From Eledone cirrhosa (lineage: Eukaryota), in NCBI GenBank assembly GCA_964016885.1, contig OZ024742.1, positions 175,584,001 to 175,648,000 of the forward strand: DNA of 64,000 nucleotides, given 5' to 3'. The notes beneath the pieces are model-generated. The model was given only the letters and a program-made list of their open reading frames with translations, did no database searches and had not been told where the DNA came from. Shown one piece after another: positions 23,366 through 36,495 of the stretch. Made by a program: the position numbers and the translations under genes. Each line of letters starts with the position of its first letter. Position 1 is the stretch's first letter.

Positions 23366-26300
23366 AGAGATAGATAATGAAATAATTGAATATAAACTGT
23401 CTCCCATGTTGTATATTAAATAAAACCTTGATAGAATACAAGAGTGGTCACATGTTTCTGACGTTTTGAAAGCAAAAGGGAAACAGCAATGATATGTTGG
23501 CAACAAAATGAAAAATGTATTGATGAAAGGAAATTTGTACAAAATATCGCAATTCTAAAGTGATAATTTGAAAAGAGACATCTCACCAGTTGTTGAAAAT
23601 TACAATATTTCTCTCTTTTCTGTTGGCACAAAAGATGATGATAGCTTCATTGAACCAATTCCAGTTATTTCTATACACATTCAACTAAATATCTGAAAAA
23701 GGTATTTTTTTAAATGTCAAACTTCATAATTATCCAGTCCAATTTGGTCAGAGAATGGTAATCAGAGAAAATGTAAAAAGAACATGTTTGATTAGACACT
23801 GATATCTCTAATAATATTAGATTAGGTGTATAATTCTATTATATTTTTAAAAATTATATTCAGAGTTCCATCTGAAGAGTTAATATTTTGTAAAGTAATG
23901 GGTTATATCCTATTTAGCTAGAATAGACTCTCAGGCTGTGTTTGTATGGACAACAAAGAGGTTTAAGTGAAGTTTCAACCAACACTATTTCACTTGAGCA
24001 GTTTCATATAATAGTTTTTATTTATTCAATAATCTTGTATCATTAATAAAGGAGATCAGTGCACAATAGAAAACATTAGTAATTTCTGATGTAATATACT
24101 TGGTTCCAGTCTGATAGTGCAGGTGGGAAGACATGTATGTTATATTGCATAAATAGTTATTCACCATTATTAACTACTTGTATATTATATATTTTTAAAG
24201 GATATGATGCTAGCATCTTCTGTTAGATATTAATTAATTTCCCAATGTTTGTGTGTATAGGTAGACATCTAACTAGCTTTAGATTAGTTATCACAGTTCA
24301 CATCTATGTAACTTTAGCTGACTTCCTATAAGGTTGTGTCTCAAAGGAGGTTTATTGGGTATTTTAATGAGATGCCACAATTCTATCATGTTATTACAGC
24401 TTAAACCTATGTAACTTTAACTGGCTGCTTACAAGGTAGTATCTCAAAGAATGTTTCTCAAGTATTTAAGGGCATAGAAGCCCCAGTCACATCATGAAAA
24501 GACTCCCCATTTGAACAGGCTATCACTCATTTGGAGGGGGGGGGGGTAATCCGCAGGCATTACTGGTACTATTTTTTAATTTTTTACTTGAATGAACTGG
24601 AACCATGTACTGCTCAAGGACAAACAAACTGTTCAGTCTTGGAATTGAACCTACAACAATATGCATGTGAGTCTTACTCGCTAACCACTATTAATATATA
24701 CTATATTACTATATTATATACATCTTTAGATTATATGATTGATAAATGGTCAATGATATTTTATGTTTCAGGATTCAATCATTTAGTCAATTCCCCAATG
24801 TTTGTGAGTATGCTGGAGACATCAAACTAGATTTAGATTAGCAATAAATCTAAAACCATTGGATGAACTGACAACCCATTCAGTAGTTTGATTATAGTAG
24901 GGATATCCGGTGTAGAAGCAATAGAGTTTAGTCTTGACAATGGTATTAAATTGTTGCAATTTATACCACAAACCTGAGGCGTAACATACTTCAGGGTTTT
25001 CTTGTAAGAGTTAGTCATTCTCTAGATCAGGGGTTTCACACTACTTTCCTATATGACCCATGGTAGAATATTTATAACTAATTAAGGAAAATTTGCAACA
25101 GAAAATGTACCGATTTAATTTTGTATTAATTCATATAATCCACTTATGATCATATGCATGCATTTTGATGAAAAATAAAGAAATAGCATTGCACATCAGA
25201 GTTATAACGTGTAAAAATCATTCCTCCCCATCTCCCTTTTGAGCTACTGTGCTTCTCCTCTAGGAGTCCTAGACTCTGCTCAAGATAGTGATTCAGTCAA
25301 GACTAAAAAAGAAGTTATTATCTCTCTCAGACTCCACTATTCTCTGAAATCATCAAAGTGCACCACACCTTTCATCATAATACAATGTACACATACAATA
25401 GGTTGGATGGATTTTCATAGTCTGAGACATAGCTTGGTCTGATAACAATGTCACATATCATATGGCTAGATCCCCTTCCTAATGCCAGAACCTATACATA
25501 ATATACTGAGTGCATTTTACCATGGCACCAAAACAAGAAAAACTACCAAGAAAAGCTGTAATTGGCCAAATGAAAGAATCTACTCTACCCTAAATTCCCT
25601 TTGTTCAATTATCAATCCTGGGATTTGATAAAAATTAATCATAAACACGTCCTGAGATTGTTCCATTCAAATATAGCTCCTCACTTCAAAATTATTGTTT
25701 TATACCAAGAAAAAATATTTTTAATGCTAAATTGTAGTTGAGATTTGTTAAAAATTTCTGTTATAAAAGGTTTGTCATGAAATTGCATTATTAAACAAAC
25801 ATATTCAGCCCCAGACTTCAGCTTCATTTTATGTCCCCATTTATTGCTGTTATGTGTTAGACTGATCATCATGATCTGGGAGCAGACTGACTGGAGGGAC
25901 CAATCTTGCTATTTACATTCTATCCTTAGTAAGCTTTCTACAGCTGGAATCCCTAACACCAACCTCCTTACATATTGAGTGTGTTCTTCAAGACACCAGT
26001 AATACTACTTTATAGGGGGAACTGGGTCATTTTACTATGGTACCAACACTAACATCCTACTGTGTGTACTGGATGTATTTTATTATGGCCCTGGCTCTAG
26101 AGACGGTCTCATACATTTGACCAGGCTGGAAAGTCCTCTCAAACCCTATATTTTCTTTGATTGATTTTAATTGCCAAACACATAAATAAATATGAAGCAT
26201 TCTGGGCAAAAACATTTTTGGGCCTAATTAATGGTTGAAGGAAGTAGGAGGTATATGAGAGTGGCCTGAGGATGAAATAATTAGATGATATCTAATAAGT

Positions 26301-29064
26301 TAACATTTTAATGTAAACATGAGCATATAGTATTAAATGCCATTAAGAATATTTCTTTTATCTTTTTATACGTAGCCATGTGGAAATACGTAAATAAAAT
26401 TAACTCTTTTGATATCAAACACTCTAAAATTCTCCTTGGTTCTATGATACAAAATAATTTCTTTTAAAGTGTTTATATTCATCTAAAGACCTTCCATCAT
26501 AAGATTACTTGTTAAGATATGTTCCACACACCATTTTAATAATAAGAAAGTAAGTTATATTACTAATAATATTATAAATTCTTATTATTCTCAAAATTAT
26601 TGACAGTGTCTTTTATATGAAATATGGTAATGAAGGCTGCTACACTAATGATGTTAAATATGATGTTGGCATTAACAATAAAAATGAAAAACTAAGGAGC
26701 AGACACTGGAAGATATTGTGACGTTGAAAGAACTTTTAAATAATAATGACAATGAAATTGTATAAAACATGAATTCAAATAATTCCACAAAACCATTCAC
26801 TCCTTCTTAAATTTGAAATTCTAGTTACGTGTGAGCTCATCTTCCATTCACATAATAAAAATTTAAATAAGATAAAGTAGATATTCTGCTGTAAAAGAAG
26901 TTGTAATTCTCAGATAATTTGCTTTGTGTTAATCAAGCCATAATAACCCTCTCTCGAATTATGAACACTACACTATGTAGTAGGAAGTTTCACAATTTTC
27001 GCAATAAATATTCAATAGCATATAAGCTTTAATTGATTGTTTTTGTTATTTTTGATTTTTTTGCTTCCCAATTAGCACTCGTTTTAGAAACTAAATGTTT
27101 CTTCAGAACTGTCATCCTTTGTGATGTTTCAATGGACATTTAAAATAGATCTTGGCATTTCTTTTGCTTCTTCGTTTATATTTGTTGTTCTCTTTTATAG
27201 ATAACAACTTTCTTTTCTTTTACTGCATCTGTGAATGCCATTATGCATGAATATGTGACTGCATTTGTGTGTCCAACACTTCATTTGTTTCTTCATTTTC
27301 ATTTCATTTGAAATTGGTTTAGAATATTGTTCAAATATTGATTATATAGTTCCTTCAATTGAATCCTGTAAAAATCATTTATTTTATCACAATACATACC
27401 CAAACATGAGTGTACATTTGTAGATTATTTCTCTTACATATACACACACTAGAAGAAATATTAATTGCATGTTTGTGCTTTTAAATTTCACTGTATTAAG
27501 TCTACAACTTTAAACTTAAGTATAGTTTGGCTCCAGATTTGAGAAAAGAAATGTTTAATTCTTTTGCTTTCAAACATTGAGTGTGGCCATGCTGGAATGC
27601 TTCCTCAAAGGGCTCCAGTCAACAATATATTGACAATCATAGGGCATTTCTTTTCACGTCTGGTATGTATTTCGTCAAACTGCCAAATTACCATACATAA
27701 TCAGAGGGTAAATATAAACACACACAAGCACACAAATATGACAGACTTGTCCACAGTTTATGTCGGCCAAATTTCACTCACAGAACATTGATCAACCTGA
27801 GGCTATAGCAAATAGAGTTGTTCATGTTGCCTCACATATTTGACACAGGAAAGTGTTGTGGATTCAACTTAATTTCATATATTACAAGTTGTTCATAAGA
27901 TGGTGTGCTCTACAACATTTGGATATTACATTTTTTATGAAATTCACATACTACACAGCACCAAGACACCAACCAGAATTGCAGAATCATATGAAGAAAA
28001 AAATAAAGCCCCTCTTCTATGAAGCTATACACTTTAATATATCTATCTAGCACTTGAGAAACCTTTCAAGTAAATACCCAGCTATATCTTTCCGACCTGA
28101 ATAGTAGATTCCCCAACACTATATTACTTGTTCCTAATTTATACAATCCTAAATACAGTAACAACTATTGCAAAGGCCATGATGACTTTTATTCATAATA
28201 TGCCATAACACATGTATCTGTGGTTTTAATAATCATGTAATACTATCATCACACAACCACCAACACGACTTCATAAGACAGCATCATAAATAAGGAAGTT
28301 GGTATGTAATAATTCTAATGCAATACAGTCAATCGGAAGGAAACAGATGAATTGGATGTTGGCCATATCATAATCAGTCTCCACCTTGTGACAGAAATAT
28401 GTTTATCTGGACTTCACACTTACCATAATTGTACATATACACCATAATAGACTACTAAATCGGATTTGGAATAATACACATGATGTTGAGTCCTTAACCC
28501 TAATTGCATCTAGTTTACTGATTGGTGTGTTGCATATACAGCCTGGCTGGTCAACATCTCAGAACACACAAGCCCCCATACACATACTCATTAATACTCA
28601 TCTTTCTCCATTTCTTAGAGGATTCTAAACCTCATTATCAGGCTAAATTTCTTTAGTTAAAAGAATATGGTGAAAGCTTCTATTTCTATTTTCAAACTCA
28701 CTCGCTGTTTCAAAACAAACTTACTTGGCAATATAATTGCTATGAATGTAGCTTCTGATTTGAATGGAAGGAGATGGGTGATGTGTTGATGTAATGGTAG
28801 CACAGTGGTTTGAATAACCAAAAATGTGGGTTCAACTCACCTGTATGTCAATACTCATCTTCCATTTCTTATAGGATTCTAAACCCCACTACCAGGATAA
28901 AATTTCTTTAATAAACACAATATGGTGAAAGCTTCTATTTCTGTTTTCAAACTTGCTTGCTGTTACAATACGAACTTACTTGATATATATATATATATAT
29001 ATATATAGGTATACGAGAAATAAACCCAACTGTACTGCTTATCTGTGTTGATCCTCTTTTTAAC

Positions 29065-29096
<32 letters not shown>

Positions 29097-29552
29097 AACA
29101 TACATTATACATATACATATATTTTGCAACGTTTTGTAGTGTAATTTCTTTCATGATAACAATCCTTTTAGTCTTACTCATAGCAGTAATCTTAACATGA
29201 ATACAGGAAATGTATAGTGCCAATGAAAATTCACTTTACACATCCACCCAACCATTAAACTAGTATAATATATAATATGAAGTGTGAACCTGCTGAACAT
29301 ATATAGGCATTTAATTTACAACTGATCAATAGATTTCAAGACATTTATCTTACACATATATATGTCAAAACTAGACAATGAAGGTATGAATAAGAATGGC
29401 ACAAGGGTGTAAAGAGAAGATAAATGAAATGCTCATTATTTTTGGCAGAGATAATCAGAACAGATAATCTTATGACATGGTCATTGAAAATGAATAACTA
29501 ATCAAATAGATACTTTGTAGTGTATGTATAATATATATATATATATATATAT

Positions 29553-29893
29553 ATTTATTAAAATAACAGATTAAAGATTAAGCAAAGAATCGCTGCTTTC
29601 ACCCTTAATGGGATCTTCTGAAACTAAAAAAATCAATGTGTAAATCAATGCAGAAGTAAATATTTCCCAAAACGTTGCAACTGAAAGAAAATAGGAAGAC
29701 GATACTTTGGTTCGTGGAGACAATCCCTGGCAATGCACGAACAAAAAACCGAACATAATACGTCAATATTTGGAGCGGTGAGAACAATTACACGCAAAGA
29801 CAAAACCACAATTATGGTATAAAAAAAACCCACGCAACACCTGTAACCGCACACATATGAACGTATACACCAAGTACACATAAACAATATATA

Positions 29894-29949
<56 letters not shown>

Positions 29950-32900
29950 CGTGTGGGTGTGTGTGTGAGTGTGGGTGTGTGTGTATACGTATAATTATAT
30001 AAACGTATATAAATATAAACACATAAATATGTATATAACGCGCGCACACACATACCTACAGATTAATAAACATGTGTTCGCTAAATGAACGTCAACCAAA
30101 AAACAAAGTACACCCTACATACGTGCGAACCCGCATACACACACAAATGCAAAATACACGTATACGCATAACCATATACACATGTACCTGTATATATAAT
30201 ATAACATATACATATAACAAATACAAGCAAATATACGTACGGGAAAGTATACGTAACTTCACAAAACATACAGGTAATATATACTTACCTATACAAATAA
30301 GTAATGTTATAAACATAAAATATACTTAGCTACCACATCCGCGTATTCTTCGAACTATCCGTTAGGGTATAATGTAGGGCTGTAACACTGGAAGGTTTTA
30401 TACAATTTATGTTTACAAGCTGAAATTGCCTCAGATTTTTGTTCAAGAAGTGGTCAATGGTGTAGAGTATTTCCAGGTTGCAGAGGTTGCATGGTCTTTT
30501 ATTTCCGTTATACGATCTAGCCCTAGCTAGGATCTCCCAGTGTAATCTATATTGGGTGTGGTTGTCTTTTAGACTCCAGATATAAGCTGAAAGTCACGTC
30601 ATATTCTCTCTTAAAGGGTTAAGAAAATAATGGGTATGCTTGTAAAGACGCTGCTTGAATCTATTGGCAGTTAACCCTATGTAGGCCCTACGTGACGTGG
30701 GTGTTTCAGTCTTACATTTGTAGACAATGTTACTGGAGAGGCATTTCCCGGATAGAGGGCAATCAACCCGATTCCTACCGTTACAGTTAGTACTAGCTAC
30801 AGGGTGGCATGTGTTCCTACGGCTAATTTGAAACAGTGATGTTATGTGCAAGGTTAGAAGTCGTAGATTAAGAAATGTTAATGGCATTTCTATTACAAAT
30901 TTTATTATATTTATGTGCTGGGAGGAAATACTTCTTAATAAGGGAGAGAAAGATCTTAACTAATGGTGTGGCCACCTCCATATTATATGGTTGGTTATGA
31001 CATATAATGCGTCGGCATCTATTTGTCCTAGGTCTATGCTTATACTCGATATATGCTACCTTATCTACAAATCCACTCCGACCAAGAGCTTCATTGTAAT
31101 ATGTGGAATGGTCGGTGAATATATGCACGTTTGTAGATAGACGGGAAAGCCTCAAAGAAACGTTTCTTACCAGGTTCTTGGTTATGCTGGCAGGATGGTT
31201 AGAATGCTTACTTATGTAATTAAGCGTATCATTCGGCTTTCTATACGGGTAGTGCAAGCCATTCGACAGATTGAGGGTAACGTCGAGTAATTAACGACCG
31301 AGAGGTTGGCCTCAACCTGTATGGAGAGGCTGAAACCGTTAAAGAAGGCTATGCGTTGTTTTCTGAACCTGTCACAAGCGCATGGGCCGCATTTAGTCAT
31401 GGTCAAAAGACCGTCATGACGGTACAAACCACCACCCACATTGGGGAATTCTTCCTTGATAAAGAAAAGAAGGAAAAGGCCGATAAGATCAGTAACCTCC
31501 GCAGAATCGCTGGCGCCTATACTCACGGCGAATGGGGTACTATTAGATATTTTAATCTAAATAGAGTCGTCGAAATTAATTACCAAATTACGAGCATTGA
31601 GGATGACATCAACTTCGAAATCCTTAACCACCGTGAGCGTTTTAGTCAAATTGATAGCTCTAAGAAGAATCAGTAAAGTGATGGAGGAGTAGTAAATATT
31701 GATGTCGAATTGGATAAAATGGCAATGTTCCTTGTTGCATATGCCGTTGAACCAATCAATCACCGCGAAAGAATTGTTCCACGGTGCAAGAGGGGCCAAG
31801 CTTATAATTTCAGGTATAATTCTATCTAAAATCCTTTTACTATGTCTACCTAAATAGGACTTCGTAGGGTTAATAAGCCGAATAGAGGGGTTGTTGGCGA
31901 AATTGGATTTGTGATCCTTCAGGGTAAAGTGTGGAGAAAAAGGGTCCAGAGGTTCAGTCCGGTCCTGGATGTTGAGATCAGAGGTGATTTTACACCCAGC
32001 ATCGTTGATGTCATTAATGACACTCCGATTGGTTTGACGGTAATTCTTAGTTACAGCATTATGTAGCAGTTGATGGTAAGTACTGTTCTATACTTGATAT
32101 AGATTGCCAGTTTTGCCGGAGTGGACGTGCACGGCATTAGAATTCTTAATAGAACGAATTCTATTCTTGATGTCCTGCTGGAAGGAATTGCTCCTATTCC
32201 GAAATTTGATACTCCGTATGAGTTCCAAGACATCATTTTCGAAGGGTAGCAATGCTGGGTTATTCGGAGGATTATTGTAAGTTTTAAACCCAAATTTATC
32301 CTGTTTATTATCCGCTTTTTCCTGACTATCGAAATAAAAGGCACGCCAACGCAACCTTTTAATGAACGAATCTGTTTTCTGTATCAGGTGTTTTAGATAT
32401 GTCTTGGTATGGGTATGTTCTTTGTAGAAATATTCAGATGTTGTTTCTGCATGATGAATATAAGTCAATAGAGTGCTCAACCGAGGGATCCAAATATTAA
32501 TAATAATAAATTTGAAGACTAACATCCAAAGAGGGCTCGATAAGGATAAATATATATCAAATATATAAGAACCTTAGAGCAAATATTTATTAAAATAACA
32601 GATTAAAATTTAAGCAAAGAATCACTGCTTTCACCCTTAACGGGATCTTCTGTTACGTGTAATTGTTCTTCGCGCTACACATAATGACGTATTATCTTCG
32701 CTTTTTTCTTTTCATTGCCAGGAAACGTCTCTACGAACCACCTAAATAGAATATCAGTCCACTACTTCATTTATACCATAAATTTGGTTTTGTCTTTGCG
32801 TGTAATTGTTCTCACCGCTCCAAATAATGACGTAGAATCTTCACTTTTTTTCCGTTCATTGCCAGGGATTGTCTCCACGAACCAAAGCATTGTCTTCCTG

Positions 32901-33106
32901 TTTTCCTTCGGTTGCAACGTTTTTCGAAATATTTATTTCTGCATTCACAGATTGATTTTTTTTTTAGAAGATCCCGTTAAGGGTAAAAGCAGCGATTCTT
33001 TAATCTGTTATTTTAATAAACATTTGCTCTATGGTTCTTATATATTTGATATATATTTATCCTTATCGAGCCCTCTTTGGGTTTTTGTCTTCAAATTGAT
33101 TATTAT

Positions 33107-33110
<4 letters not shown>
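29553..33110 (-). mobile_element. PLE family A, copy 2 (full-length, decayed), with partial tandem pLTR (to 32652) and inverted pLTR (32653-33110)
   Basis: Begins MQKQHLNISTKNIPIP at 32452. Frameshifted RT (YRHDG) and GIY-YIG pieces run down to ~30365. 3' pLTR ends in (TA)n. Confidence 0.93.
29575..29625 (-). ncRNA. Variant hammerhead-like motif (family A)
   Basis: agttt-CAGAAGA-tccc/attaa/gggt-GAA-AGCAG..TTGCT-T-aatct. Confidence 0.5.
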
Positions 33111-33155
<45 letters not shown>

Positions 33156-33220
33156 TAATGGTAGCTAAGATGCTTCAAAGGCGGTATGCCAGTTGAGCAC
33201 TCTATGCTCCTACGGAGCAT

Positions 33221-33484
33221 AGTATTATAGAATGAAAACGAAAAATCAGTGATGCATAGGATCTCAATTTATTGTGTGTTACAATTGTTTCCCCGGCAAA
33301 CAGCTTGAGGTGCAATCCATGTGTGTATCTAACTCACTCTAGACTCAAAGTTTCCTCAGACACGATTATTGATTTCGGATCATATGGATCGCACTGATAG
33401 CTGTTCGCCGGGGAAACAACTGTAACACACAATACATTGAGTTATGATGCATCACTGATTTTTCGTTTTTCCATTCTATATACT
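33221..33484. repeat. Imperfect ~85-100-bp inverted repeat of PLE-pLTR type with hammerhead 3' halves
   Basis: Arms ~33221-33305 and ~33399-33484. Each carries GAAAC-AAYT-GTA-acacac. Confidence 0.7.
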
Positions 33485-33516
33485 GTATATATATATATAT
33501 ATATATCTTGAAATGG

Positions 33517-33549
<33 letters not shown>

Positions 33550-33752
33550 TTTACGTCCGCTTTTCCCTGCTTGCAAGGGTGGGATGGGAACTGATTCTGG
33601 GTTGATTTCTACAGCTGGATGCCCTTCCTAACACCCACCTCATATACAGTGAGTGCTGGGTGCTTTTTTTCCGTGGCGCCTACACGTCCACTTTAGAGTG
33701 TGGGCTGGGTGCTTTTTAGCCGTGGCACCTCCCCGACCACTTTGCAGTGGAT
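33517..33752 (-). mobile_element. SINE 3' half with RTE-like (GAT)n tail
   Basis: Matches the reverse complement of 46147-46312. Confidence 0.8.
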
Positions 33753-35150
33753 GGAGTTAGCTATTTGCTGGATGCTTTCCATTGTCTTTTTCTCTAGTTC
33801 CTGACTGTTCTCTAGTGGGGGTGTCTTAACTACGATGTTTATATCATCAACGTAGCGGGAGTACATTATCAGGGTTAAGGGGTCTTCTAATTGTTCTTTA
33901 AGTTTAAGTTTAAGTCTACTGTCCCACCATACCATGAATAAGTTAGCTATGCCGCCTCCAATGCTAACACCAATGGCTGCTCCTTCCTCTTGGGCATATG
34001 TTTTTCCATTAAATTTGAACATATGTTCCTTGGGCATTGAGGATAGAGAAAAAGCCCTCAATGCCCATATGGTAATGTGGACGAATATAATGCAGCCCAA
34101 CAAAAGGACTGCCAACAACTTCCAGGCCTGGAACAATGACGTGCCGGCGTTGTATGGGCTTCGAAAAGACCATAAAACGGGCAGTGACCCTGTCACGGGA
34201 CCACCAACACGGCCAGTCTGTGGAGCTAACATTGCCAGTAACTACAGACTGTCCTACTTCCTCTCCCTGATCATACGCCGCATCATTGAAATGTCCCCAG
34301 ATGTATGTGACAGCACGGAGGACCTCCTCAGCAGAATCGGCGAGAGTAACCGATCTAGGGACCTAACAAACTGCATAATAGGTAGTATGGATGTTGTGTG
34401 CCTGTATCCATCTATTGACGTGGATTTTGCTGTGGAGAAATGCGTAGAAATGATCAGTGAGAGCAATGTTGAGTTCCGTGGGATTGATACCAGTGAGCTG
34501 GGACTCCTACTTAAACTTACCTATAGTAATAATTACCTAGACACATATGACCTTAGCAACCTGGGCCCTACAAGACCAGCAAGAGGCAGACCACCTACCA
34601 TTACCGCAATGGCCAAGAAAACCCACACAGATAGATGGAACGGGTGGACCAGAGCCATACGGACACACGAAAACCACGATGAACTGAAGAAAATGATTGC
34701 ACATGCGGTAGGGGCCAGCATAAAACTAACCCTTAAGGAACATATGTTCAAATTTAATGGAAAAACATATGCCCAAGAGGAAGGAGCAGCCATTGGTGTT
34801 AGCATTGCAGGCGACTTAGCTAACTTATTCATGGTATGGTGGGACAGTAGACTTAAACTTAAACTTAAAGAACAATTAGAAGACCCCTTAACCCTGATAA
34901 TGTACTCCTGCTACGTTGGTGATATAAACATCGTAGTTAAGACACCCACACTAGAGAACAGTCAGGAACTAGAGAAAAAGACAATGGAAAGCATCCAGCA
35001 AATAGCTAACTCCATCCACCAGAGTATTAGAGTTACTATAGACTACCCAAGTAAACACCCCAACCATCGATTACCTGTACTAGACACAGAGCTCTGGTTA
35101 GATACCATTAATAACAAAAAACAAATCCTCCATTCCCATTATGCCAACCC

Positions 35151-36041
35151 ATGACTTCCAAACATCTGATCCACCGAAACTCGGCCGTTTCGGACCATAC
35201 CAAAATCAACATACTGATTGCGGATTTGGTACGGGTGATGAGAAACGTGTCCCGCATGTGCAACCCCGAAGAACTAGAGAGACACATACAACACTTCATC
35301 CACCGTATGCAGTTCTCTGGCTACAATCAGAGAGATAAAATCAGAGTGTATAGAGGAGCCAGAACCAAATGGGAAAAAATGGTAAATAATCTGAAAAAAT
35401 GGGACCTGGCCTTGTATAGGAGCAAATTTTGGAATAGAATAGAAAGAATTAGCAACAAGGCTAATGGAATAAACTCATGGTATGATAGCAATAAATACCA
35501 GAGTGTAATGTTCATCGATACAACCACTAGAGGTGAATTAGCTTACAAATTTAGAAGGGCCCTAGATAAACATAAACTCAATAGTAAGATAGTAGAAAGA
35601 CCAGGTACCTCCGTAAAAACAGTTATTAGCAAGACATACCCTTTTCAAAGACCCTCATGTATAGATAAGAAATGTATAACCTGTAAAATATGCCCCCATA
35701 TTAACTGTAAAACTAGAAATGTAGTGTATAGCATAAGATTTACTGAAGGACAATGTAGAGACAAAAATATAGTGTACATAGGTGAGACAGCTCGTAGTGT
35801 AGGGGAACGGATAAATGAACACTGGCGAGACCTTCAAGATAGTAAAGAATCATCTGTACTCTACCAACATGCTAAAATAGAACACAAGGGTAAATTAGAG
35901 AACATAGAAATAAAAATAGAATCTACACACAGAAAAGACGCAATGGTTAGACAAATCACAGAGGCAATAAACATAAAAGAATTACAACCAAAATTAAATA
36001 GAAAATATGAGTGGAACAGCAACATCACAACTTACAATTAA
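35151..36041 (+). pseudogene. PLE family C thumb/linker + GIY-YIG segment
   Basis: 296-aa ORF that continues the 34032-35154 RT after a frameshift. Confidence 0.85.
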
Positions 36042-36242
36042 GGACAAAATGAAAACACACACACATATAGAACAAACAACCAACCAGTAACATGTAAATA
36101 AACAAATAAATAAATGAACAGAAACACACACAGACACCCGGATGTGGCGCATGCGCAGACTGAGCACACAGCACACACACAGAAACAAAATGGCGTAGGA
36201 CAGACCAAAGGAGAGGCACAAAAACAAAGAAAAGCATCCCCA

Positions 36243-36285
36243 GTCACTGAAGAGGTCACATAGTGTGTGACGAAAGAACTATGAC
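36243..36285 (+). ncRNA. Minimal type I hammerhead (family C)
   Basis: gtca-CTGAAGA-g-gtcacat/agt/gtgtgac-GAAA-gaac-TA-tgac. Confidence 0.85.
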
Positions 36286-36495
36286 AATATATAAACAACT
36301 ATCTGGTTGTGGAACCAACCAACCAGAAATTTATAAATTTATAAATTTATTATAATAAATTGAAGTGAAAGCAACTGGTGCGTGTGTTTCTTATTGGCAA
36401 CATGACCCTCCCAAAGTATAACAATATCGGTTTCAACACACGATTTCAGATAAAGAATCTTGCTAAACAAATTCAGAAACGAAATATATATATAT

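Larger units (their letters stand above)
33748..36485 (+). mobile_element. Penelope-like element family C (distinct lineage), 5'-truncated, with inverted internal duplication
   Basis: PALYGLRKDHK, PTRPV, GSMDVVCLYPSI, QEEGAAIG, YVGD (YVDD in the inverted copy), LPVLD; CxxC linker; VVY..YIGETARSVGERINEH..EA..LN. Frameshift at ~35150. Confidence 0.93.

Noticed and set aside
24830-29230. Coding-looking minus-strand stretches (ENPEVCYASGLWYKL at ~24990, 27000-27366, 28000-28560), also 5160-7340
   Set aside because: Short, interrupted by stops, no recognisable domain and no consistent splice chain. Could be a decayed gene, but needs tblastn or RNA-seq.
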